DNA of 63,981 nt, filler included, from Dirinaria sp. TL-2023a (lineage: Eukaryota): the NCBI GenBank assembly GCA_051941275.1. It is 4 parts of 4 records of this genome, joined end to end, with 100 filler letters (N's around TTAATTAATTAA, not from the genome) between each part and the next. Parts side by side here need not be neighbours in the genome. Positions count along the whole stretch, not along the records: positions 16,526 to 32,932 come from JAVEBF010000493.1; positions 33,033 to 49,382 come from JAVEBF010000494.1; 2 more parts are not named here. The stretch is one strand, 5' to 3'. The position numbers were made by a program, and so were the translations under genes. Positions 24,742 to 34,308 of this stretch are shown piece by piece; the stretch's first letter is position 1; each line of letters opens with the position of its first letter. The notes beneath the pieces were generated by a model. The model was not told the DNA's origin and did not search any database. It saw only the letters and a program-made list of their open reading frames with translations.

Positions 24742-26167
24742 TTAATCCAGCTTGCCGTCATCTTGCTCTCCTTCAAGGAGTATGTACTCAAGGATATCAC
24801 TCAAAGTCAGGATACCCACCAAGCGATTCTCATCATCTATGACAATAAAGCGGTGAACGCGGGATTTGCGAATAGTATCAAATATGGTATCTAAACGATC
24901 ATCAATAGAGCAGGTGTAGATGCCCGGAAAATCCTGTTGCTGGATTAGCACAAAATCATTCAAGCCCATTCCTGTGAAACCCACTTCAGCACGCTTTTGC
25001 AATGCTTCGCCAACGTTGAGATTTAGATCATCGTACATGCCGCCCTTGATCAGCGTAATAACGTCAATGGTCTCGAAGACGTTGGTGAGCACGCCTGCCA
25101 GCATTAGTCGTAGATCTCGCGGACGTGGAAGTGCCTGCAAACCATCGCTATTCAGGATTGGTACACTGGAGATGTTGTTGTTGACAAGCTGGTGGATGAT
25201 ATCGAAGACTGGTGTCTCCATTTTCGCAGTCTCCAGGTGCTTATAGGTGCCGAGATTGAGGCTTCTGAGAGGCTTACGGAGCAGCTGGGTTTCGCTTACG
25301 TTGACAGCCACGAATTTCAGGATGCGATACTGAGTGACTACATTAACCACCATCGGACGCCGAGTCTCATCATCGATATCGACGAGCGGTATTCGACGAG
25401 CACGGGTCTCGAGCATGCGTCGACATGCTTCATAAAGCTCCCTGTTGGGATTGATGGACCTGGTTTCAAGGGGAGTGACACCAATTGCTTTCTCAATCTC
25501 TGACTTCATCATTCAGAAACCTGCTTAGCTCAAGGGGTTAGATACATGGCAGGACTCACCCCTCAGGTTGTTCAGTTTGAATTGGTCGATTCGGTTGACG
25601 GCTTCTGGGTTCTGCCAGTAATACTGAATGAGATTGAGGTAGTCGGAGGTTGTGAGTAAGCCAGCGAATGTTGAGGTCTTCGAATCCCAGAGTGGCGCGG
25701 AGACGATGCCTAGATAGATCCATGTTCAGTCCTGCAATGATCCCGTTCTCTGCAGCAGCACGACGAACCATTTTGGATGAGGATGTTGAGACTGCTCTTG
25801 ACCAACAGGGCGGTGTCGAGGATGATCAATCGGAAACTCAGGGGCAGGACGTCGTAACTAGTCCGGATCTTCAGGAAATCGCGGATCCTTTGCTACACCA
25901 GTCGATGGTTACGTCAGCACGGCGGAACAGATGTTTGGTTGGTGGGCTTGGACGGCGCATGAGGGGGCTTGCAGAGGAGAAGAAGCAAGCAAGCAAGCAA
26001 GCAAGCAGCGCAGTCCGACATACCAACCCAATGCGTTGATCTCGGTCGATGGCAGTCTCTGGGCCGGCTGGCGTCATTGGATGCGAGAGACCTCGTGGAC
26101 GCAGGTAAGATGCTGGCTGCACAAAGCCCTCGTGACCTGGAATAATACCGGGCAAGCCGGTAGTCAT
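24742..26167 (-). CDS. SNF4: AMPK/Snf1 kinase gamma subunit (CBS domains), multi-exon
   Basis: [49 protein letters not shown] and IRKSRVHRF, linked by GT-AG introns. ATG at 26167. Confidence 0.93.
25984..26006. repeat. (AAGC)n microsatellite in SNF4 intron 1
   Basis: agcaagcaagcaagcaagcaagc read directly. Confidence 0.85.
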
Positions 26168-27049
26168 ACTAAACTTCAATCCTCGCTCTCTTAAACCTTT
26201 TACCCCTTTTCTTTTTTCTTGTGTGTCTCTCCCGCTCTCTTACTCTATCTTGTCTTTGCCCCGCTGTCCCGCTGGGGCCTTCGCTCGAAAAGGCACGGAC
26301 TTTCGGATTTGGGGGTTGGAACCGTTGGGGGGTAAGTGGCACCGCTCGGCTCCCCACGCTGGATATGTCCAAGTGGCTGGTGGGTGGGTTACGGCGAACG
26401 CCCAGACTGGCCCAGCGTCAGATTATCATGGCGAAGGGTCCAGAGCATCTGCACTTCCTGTCTGCACTTCTTCTCTCTGCTTTTGCTCTGCTGAGAGGAT
26501 TCTGCCAATGAGGTAAAGGTTGTCGTGTGACGTGTGTACTGTAGCACTACTACCCGTACTCAGTACCTACAAATAATACTGCAGAGATTTAAATACTTGA
26601 CCTACAAGTGAAAAATCGACCAATGCAGAAATTTGGCATGTGAAAATCTTGGGCGTGGGGTTTTTAGCTTCCCACCTCCCCATCAGTCATCACCCAAGGA
26701 AGTCCCAAGGGTTCGCTCGAGGGGCTCCCAGTCACCAACACCAATCACATCACCCTCAGATGCTTTGTCATGCGAGCCATGGAACGAAGTGTTGCGGACC
26801 ATTGGTGTCACCCTGAGCGGAAGATTACATGTACATACGAGTACTGCGGGTCATGATTGCCCCGAATAGGCCCCAGTTACGCTTGCTTGCCGAAGAACTA
26901 CCTAAAGTACCTTACGACCTCACCAAGCTTACCGACTTGCGTAGGTACATCCTCCCGTAGGTAGCACAAATTCGGAAAGGTAAAATAACGTCCCTCGATG
27001 GACCCAATGGAGCATCAAGTTACCTTACGAACGAACCGCATTTCATCCA

Positions 27050-27095
27050 TTGACTCTATTGACTCTATTGACTCCGTTTGACTCCGTTATTGACT
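27050..27095 (+). promoter_or_regulatory. Tandem 9-10 bp repeat with four TTGACTC (Gcn4/CpcA-type) elements
   Basis: ttgactcta ttgactcta ttgactccgt ttgactccgt ta ttgact, between the LAS1 stop and the SNF4 start. Confidence 0.45.
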
Positions 27096-27236
27096 TGTCG
27101 CTGACATCTACTCGAATAAGCTAAAGCATCTACTGGGCAGTGTGCAGGTGGGTATCTCATCGCTAAAAAGACTTGGGATAGAAAATCAATCCGTCTCTTC
27201 TTCCATTATTCCGCTGGTACAACATCCTCGGCTACC

Positions 27237-28697
27237 TTATGGCTGGACCGTGCCGAAAGGGTTTGGCCCCCCGTGCTGGGCCGGATCCCATCCTCCCTCC
27301 TTCCCTCCATCATCTTTTCCCACCAGGGTGCTTCCATCAGCGTTCTCCTGTACATGCCGCTTCTCACCCCCGAGTTCACTCGATGTGACCTCCAGCCTCC
27401 CGGCGTACATGTTCTTTACAATTTCATGCTGTGGTGCCTCCATGATACGACGAGCCAGGCGGATGGTCCAACAGTTCACACAGTAGATACACGTCAACAT
27501 GATGTCCCCGTAGCTGATCTTGGCTCGTTTGACTGCGGCAGTGTAGACTTTCGAGACGAAGATACGCTCCAACCACAGCGTGATGGCTTCACGGTATTCG
27601 TCGATGCTGACATCCATGTTGGTAGGGAGGACCACCTGCCTGGCCATCTGATCAATCAGCAAGTCAAGGAAGCAGCGCTGATGAGCGCTGAGCTTCTTGA
27701 CGAGTGGGTCCCAGAGTGGGAAAAAGTCGTCCATAGGGTCATGCAACCTGCCATGGTTAACTTTCGAAGTAGTATTCGGGAAATTTTGCTTAACTCACTT
27801 CTGGCTACCTGGGACTAAAAACTTGGACTCGAGCATCACTACAGCTAGCTCAGTCACAACGGCGTGATGATTTTCGCAAATTCTGACCAGCTCTAGGGAC
27901 GCTCTGTCAGCAACGTGCCCTGGCACCAAAGTTCCCTGACGATCGTTGCGCTTCTTGGCATTGCAGGCTTCTCGAAAGTAGCTTCGTAAGATGCCACGGA
28001 ATTTCTCCTTGAGTTTTGGAATATCACCGTCTTTCAGAGCTGTCGGGGGGTCAGGGGGCATTAGCGGCGTTAGCGGCGTTAGCTTCATCCAGTAGTCGTC
28101 CCAAAGCCACTGCAACGATCTCTCTGCAGCTTGACGGAGAATTTCAAGAGACGGTAGACCTTCGTGTACAATTTCATGTCGCAGATCTACGAGAGGTCCC
28201 GGGAATCCAAGCTGTGTGGCTTTCTGATGCATTGACATGCGGTGCCGATCCTTTTTGTCCGAGCCAAGGAGGCCTGTAACGAACCTGGTAGCTTTTTAGT
28301 TTGCAATAAACGATATCCACAGTTCTCATACCGGCAAATTGCACCTGAATATGCCAGGCGGATGGCATTGAAGCTGAATGTTTCCGCCTCATCCACTAGC
28401 ATTACTTCGGTGAGCAGCGCAGTCGACTCGACGGCATGAGGAAGATTGCCGCGCCATTTCCAGGCCTGGATCTGTACGAAGTAGCTGATTTAGATGGTGG
28501 CCCAATAATTATAAGAAGAGCAGTAGAGTAGCATGTTTGAAAGCTAGGAGAAGCGAGTGGCTTACCAGTAAACATCCGTCTCTTCTACGATCAGGCTCCT
28601 TCGGCCACGGAGCATATGTTGGGCCACAGTAAAGCCACCTACGAAGGCGTACCAACTCGATCTTCTCAACCCACGATGTAGGCTCTGGGGGTGGCAT
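27237..28697 (-). CDS. LAS1: Las1-like HEPN endoribonuclease (pre-rRNA ITS2 processing), multi-exon
   Basis: AWKWRGNLPHAVESTALL, YSGAICRFVTGLL, LVDLRHEIVH (HEPN RxxxxH), LPSL and WLWDDYW. ATG at 28697. Confidence 0.88.
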
Positions 28698-29229
28698 ATT
28701 GAACTCTCGCAATGATGGTAGGTCTAGACGGGAGAGAGAAGGCCTCCTGATGCTTTGAGTTTCAATAATACTTGAAGTTGCGTTTATAGATTAAGGGGGT
28801 AGCGTGTGCTTATTGTGAGCCGCGACGCGCCAGTGGAGACTGTATGATTAATGGAGAACATTCGCAGAGCGCATCTTTTTCGGAATAATTTAGTATTGTA
28901 AGTTAATGGTCTGGCCAGTTGTAGTTTTCGAGTTCGTAGCGTAAAATGGCAGGGTGCAGTAGTTGATAAGCCGCGATTTGGCACCACGCACGAGAGGGTT
29001 CGCGGAAGAAGAGCGAGGTGGAATTGGATACAGCCATCCAATTCGCTTAATTGAGATTACAGGCATCGTGGAAAAACGGTTTTCAAAGTCATTCAGTCAA
29101 TCCTACAAAATGCAGACAATCAGCCACTCAATTTCTAATCAGCTTTGATCAAGTCATAAATAAGTAGAATTAAATCCCAAATCGATTTTGAGAAAATTTG
29201 AGTCAGTATTTTGAATATGAAAAAAAAGT

Positions 29230-29597
29230 TGGTAGTAGGGGGATTCGAACCCACGACCTCGAAAAGTGCAAAAGTTCAAGGCCTCATTCGGCCTTTATGA
29301 AACTCACCCGGTGTGAGTTTGCTTTGCAAGTTGGGCGCCTCCGGGACGGAGAACTTACGGGGAGCGTGACTCTGAGACTGCCTAACAGTTCCTCAGGCCG
29401 TGGTGACTCCTCTACCCATTGCATTCATGGACAGCCGGGGGGGCTCTTAAGGATGGGAGCAAGTACTAGCGTCATCAGGTATAAGAACCCTCGACTATTA
29501 CCACTGCACCATCTGTCCGGGGATGGAAATCTAACCTTAATTTAAATACAAGAACATTAAATTCAAAAGCGTAGTCCACCAGTTAAACCACGACACC
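29230..29597 (-). ncRNA. Composite tRNA-like / Pol III-type structured element (isotype unresolved; class II, Leu-like 3' half)
   Basis: The minus strand ends ACTT-TTCG-AGGT (variable arm), C, GTGGG-TTCGAAT-CCCCC (T arm/B box), TACTACC-A, then a T-run terminator. A-box-like 5' halves lie at 29579-29597 and 29501-29518, with several helices in between. No canonical cloverleaf can be closed. Confidence 0.6.
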
Positions 29598-30698
29598 AAC
29601 ACTTTTAAGATACTATGCGAAGCACATAATGGAAATACATTAATGGCAAGCTGGGAAACGATGCAATGCATTCATATAATGTATGTTAATGACCAATTCA
29701 ATGGTCAATATCTAATGACGTGCATACGGCTCTCCGGACTGGCATTACTTTACGCACTGCAAGCATACACTAGAACATGAAAAGATTTTCAATCGGCTTA
29801 CAATTTCTCACAATGATTTCCAACTGGCTCTGTTCAAGAATTACTTTATAGACAAACGGATATGCCTCAAGACGCTTTAGGGGAATCGATAGCAAGTAAG
29901 ACGGAGGCAGTTTACGAGGCAAGCCATCGTCATCGCTCAGCAAGAAACAGGAGCACCGAACGTGAGGAGTGAGCGTGGTCGTCGCCTCCTACTTAAAGCT
30001 TACTAGACAGTATGCAGGATGACGCAGCTGAGTCAATGTTTCACCAATGATGCCTTCGCGGCAGGATAGAAGCCTTGGCAGCCCTTCACCGTTCAAGGAT
30101 AAAGCGTAAGGTATCTAATTCCCTGAGCCGAAGCGATCGTCATTACCATAGTATCACTCTTGTGATTGTGATGCATTTAAGGATAAAAGAATGACTGGGA
30201 ACTTCTCTGCGCATCATCAACTCTTCAGACCCTGGCAGGTAGAGCGGAAGCCCCACTCAATGATAAGGCGCTGGAAGCCTGTGATACAGGAGACCAATTT
30301 GATGAATGATTATGGCCAAGTGGAACAACTATAACCTCGACAACTAAGTGCAGTTGCCTCAGCCATTTGGCAAGCGAGGAACGGTGCTTGTACCATGCCT
30401 TCTATGAGGCCTTGTGTGCTTGAAATCTGATCGATATTGAAGGGTATCTTGCTCGTACATGTTGAAGCTATATACATCTCTTTGCCAGATTACTCCCTGA
30501 CATTCGAATGCCATGCTATTCCTCCATCCTGCCAGTCATTGGATCAATAACACTACTAATGCATGAGCCCAGCTCGGAAAGAAGAGCAAAGGTTGCTTGT
30601 TCGGCCGACAACTCATTGTTGAATCCCACTGCCCAGGTTGATTCCCAGGCCGCTTCAAGTTGGAATACTTGAAATCGAGCTTCGGCACAGTGGCTTCA

Positions 30699-32114
30699 CT
30701 AAAACCAGAAGAAGTTACCGGAGACAGTATCCGGAGGCTTCGAAGGGCACCCATGCATCTCTTGATCCAGAATCATGTAATTGCCGTTTTGCTCGTCGCC
30801 GTCGAAGAAGAATGTCTGGTTCGAAAGATCGCCATACGCTGGGGAGATTTGCACTTGAGCTTCTTGAGTCGCCAGAGTAACCGGAAATTCTTCCTCGGCA
30901 TCATCGGTGGAGTAGCCCTCGTCTCCGTTGTCCCCTTCAGCGTGGTCCTTGCTTGGAGGCTCCCATGTCTCTTCCAATTTGAGCCCTTTCCCAAGAGAGT
31001 CCCGAAGGCCAGATGCGCCATCGCCGACAGTGTCGAGAGACGCGAACATACTACCGTTCTTGTCATCATACAGACCCATCCCAACTAACTCTGCACTTTT
31101 CTTTATGGAGATTGGTGGCTTCGACGCTACTTGAGCATCACAAAATCCGTCGGATGGAACTTGTATAGGTAAAAAGCTGGGAGATGTAGGTGCAGCGCAG
31201 GTCGTGATGTTGTTTGGTGGGAAATCCCAGACTTGGGCGAGCGTACTGGCATCGTACGAGAAGGGATTTTGGATACTTTGATAGCGGGGGTCATCTGAAC
31301 AGTGGTAGCTAGAATATCCTGGTACGCAGATCCCGGAGTCCGGCTCCATATAGCTATAGTATCCGCTCTCTCTGGCAGAATGCTCCTGTGGCGATAAAAA
31401 AGATTGTTGGCTTTGTGTAGGAGAGCAACTCCCGAAGGATGTTTGACCAGAGTCCGAGACCGCTAGGGTTTCGAAATTCGCAATTGGATTCATGACCATG
31501 TGATCACAGTTTGGGTTGTCCCAGTGTGCATGAGGGCGAAACTTGGTACTTGCTGAAACGTTTCCTACTTGGTCTCTCAACGCAATGGCTTTTGCAGCGA
31601 ACTGCAAGCCCGGAACGTGTCGAGCCGTCGTCTCCTGGCCTCTGCAGAACGGCTGTTGAGGGTATAACCCTTTCCCGTCTGCCAGCCGCATTGGATACCC
31701 AGCATTTCCAAACCCAGGATGCCAGCTGACGGGTCTGACAGTGTGTGCTGACTGTGTTGTATTGGCATGATTATACGAACATGGATCTTGTGAGAGAAAG
31801 GCATGATCTTGAGGAATCCGGTGGTTCATTCGCGCAGCTTGAGATGCAGTAGTTCGTCGTCGTTGTAAGGTATGTGGGCTGTGGGAGGTACTTGTGGTCT
31901 TTGTGATTCGTGCTGATGCCGCTCTACTCCCCGGCGAACTACTGTGAGAATGCCCTGAGGCTTTTCTAAGGATCTGTGATCTCCATGCCTTGTAATTGTG
32001 GGCAGTAGAATCAATATCCGAATCGGAAATCATGATGATGGAATTTTTTGAATTGATGATGGAACAGGGCCGAACATGAAGGGATCCTGAGTCTGTCAGC
32101 TTCGGATCATCCAA
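30699..32114 (-). CDS. Hypothetical, largely disordered protein; true start uncertain
   Basis: 471-codon ORF with short motifs RPVSWHP, ELVGMGLYD and GKGLKLEETWEPP that I recall from Pezizomycotina hypothetical proteins. A GTAAGT donor near 32136 suggests an upstream exon. Confidence 0.65.
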   Translation of the reverse strand: MDDPKLTDSGSLHVRPCSIINSKNSIIMISDSDIDSTAHNYKAWRSQILRKASGHSHSSSPGSRAASARITKTTSTSHSPHTLQRRRTTASQAARMNHRIPQDHAFLSQDPCSYNHANTTQSAHTVRPVSWHPGFGNAGYPMRLADGKGLYPQQPFCRGQETTARHVPGLQFAAKAIALRDQVGNVSASTKFRPHAHWDNPNCDHMVMNPIANFETLAVSDSGQTSFGSCSPTQSQQSFLSPQEHSARESGYYSYMEPDSGICVPGYSSYHCSDDPRYQSIQNPFSYDASTLAQVWDFPPNNITTCAAPTSPSFLPIQVPSDGFCDAQVASKPPISIKKSAELVGMGLYDDKNGSMFASLDTVGDGASGLRDSLGKGLKLEETWEPPSKDHAEGDNGDEGYSTDDAEEEFPVTLATQEAQVQISPAYGDLSNQTFFFDGDEQNGNYMILDQEMHGCPSKPPDTVSGNFFWF

Positions 32115-32464
32115 ATGAAGCCATGAACGAACTTACCTCAGACCAGTCAGAACTACCAGGGTCCTACGAGCAGTGCAGCATGATCATGGTATGAAGGGGA
32201 TGAAGGGGCAGGAGGCAATAAGAGGGTGAATGGCAATGGAAGGGCACAAACACGGAAGCATGGCATAGGCGTCAGTGGGGAGCTTAGATGAAGGCTCCAT
32301 GACGGCGGCATGACTGGCGGAAATGCAGAGGGGCATGGTTCGATTGGGAAATGGAAGTTTGAAAAAACCAATAAAGGAAGCGAACCGGCCCATTGTTCCA
32401 CGGCTGCTTCGCATGCGAGGATTTTAGACCCGCGGTTGCATGTTCATCGCGATGGGGAAGCTTA

Positions 32465-32640
32465 GTACCTTAGGTAAGGTAAGGTAAGGTAAGGTAAGGT
32501 AGGTAGGGTTTTGGGGCTGTTGGGGTGTGGGAGGGGTGCGTGGTGGCTTTTCCTAAGGTAAGGTAAGGTAGCGAGGGTAGGAGGCTAGGAGGCTAGGAGG
32601 CTAGGGTAGGAGGCTAAGTGGCTAGGTGGCTAGGGTAAGT
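32465..32640. repeat. (GGTAA)n and (GGAGGCTA)n-type short tandem repeats
   Basis: ggtaa x5-6 at about 32473-32500, again at about 32555-32570; ggaggcta/gtggcta units at about 32580-32633. Confidence 0.85.
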
Positions 32641-32932
32641 AGTATGTGTGTGAAGGGGAGATGTAAAACATCATCCTAAGGTGACTAAAGTATTATTATT
32701 GGGGCTGTTGAACGAAGGGGGAAGGAGACGAGGCGTAAGCCGTTTAGTGGGCCAGTGGCACATGTGCGAGCCTACAGAAAAGTACTAAGCTAAGTATGTA
32801 CGAGCGTCGTACCGCACCGCTAATTTCATCCGACCTGAAAAAAAAAAGCTCTCTTCAGAAAAGAAAAAAAAGAAAAAGGAGCGGTCTGTACCGTCTGTTA
32901 CGATATGACTAGGCCCCACCCACTACCCAGGT

Positions 32933-33032
32933 NNNNNNNNNNNNNNNNNNNNNNNNNNNNNNNNNNNNNNNNNNNNTTAATTAATTAANNNNNNNNNNNN
33001 NNNNNNNNNNNNNNNNNNNNNNNNNNNNNNNN
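32933..33032. other. Artificial contig spacer
   Basis: 44 N + TTAATTAATTAA + 44 N. Confidence 0.97.
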
Positions 33033-33038
33033 GCTTTA

Positions 33039-33078
33039 GCCAGCGAGTGCTTGGCCAGCGAGTGCTTGGCCAGCGAGT
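33039..33078. repeat. 15-bp tandem repeat GCCAGCGAGTGCTTG, about 2.7 copies
   Basis: Read directly; unit junctions create GCCAAG on the minus strand twice. Confidence 0.8.
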
Positions 33079-34308
33079 TGCTTGCACTTGCTTGGGGGGG
33101 GGAGTTCCTTGGAGTTCCTTGGGGATTCCCGTCTGAAGCGAGAACCTTCCCAGGCTCCCCTCGCTCCCTCCCACCAATAGTCATACCCTACCTTAACCTC
33201 TGCCCGCCAATCATTCCACTGCGGCAAAGTTGCAGCCCTGGCCCTGTAAGTGGCAGACTGGCAGTGGCAGCAGTAGTGAGCGAAAAGAATAGCCATTAAT
33301 TAGTCACCCGAATTGCTCGCCCCGTCTCTGTGAATTTCTCGAACGTCGCAGTGACGCAGCTTTCTCACTGCGCGGAAATTCAGTCGCTCTTTTTCTCTTG
33401 CAACCTTTTTTCGAATTCCACCACCACCACCACCATCACCACTCTCCCCAATTTCCCGCCCTGCTAATCTTGCTGCCGCAGCACCTCCCGAACTCTCCAC
33501 CTCCTTTCCTCCCTCCCTCCTCCGATCCCAACTTCAAAAGTCTTACTGTGCAGTCCGCATTGCTTCGCTGCTGCTCCCGTCCGGCATCTTCCCTAGTAGA
33601 GGGAATTGCCCGTGTTTCACCAAGCCTTGGGCCAGCCCGCGACTAGAAACCTGCAGCTCAAGCAGCAATTCCCGGAGCCGATTCCAAGCATTCGAACCCC
33701 GGAGACCAAGCGAGAGCCATTCTACACAATCGGAAGTGCTCTGGACCTTCAATTGGCGCTGGACCGTACCCTCGGACGTCCTTTTAAAAAAAAAAAAAGA
33801 GTCACGGAATTGTACAAACCCTTGGTGGACGATAGGTTATTGTTGCGAATATTCGATCTCTCCCTCCTGATCGTCGCAACATTCACGTTCAGTCATTTCG
33901 GAGCTCCCCCTGCTTGCTACTGTTCTCTGCCCAGCAGCTGGTCGTTTCGGGATCGCAGCGCGGCTGGTTGCATCTGCATGACTGCTATACCCGCACTGGG
34001 TCTCTCCGTTTAGGGTGAGTGCTGGGACTCGACAGCGGCCTTTTCGATTTTCCACGAGGAGCAACTGATTGCCTCACTGCCGTAGTAATTTCCCATCGTC
34101 TTTCCGCAGTAGTCAGATGGACTGAGATCTCGTCCAGTCGCACTCTCTGGAGCACTTGGTTTGAGAATATTATCCGACGAACATTATCCCGAATCCAATT
34201 CAGTTGCAATCTGTGCCTACCTGGATCAACTCTGGGTGATCTGGAGCCCGCACGCATTTTCTTGCTTAGCCGTTACATTTCGACCGCTGGTCGGCGTTGG
34301 TGCAGGTC

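Noticed and set aside
29340..29590. Group I intron (R-like TCTGAGACTG, S-like AAGCGTAGTCC) or telomerase template (CTAACCTTAA at 29531)
   Set aside because: No P/Q elements or host exons were found, the S-like match overlaps the tRNA-like D arm, and the template-like 10-mer has a mismatch with no other support.
32465..32640. Telomeric repeat or CRISPR-like array
   Set aside because: Units are GGTAA/GGAGGCTA, not TTAGGG arrays; there are no unique spacers and the context is eukaryotic.
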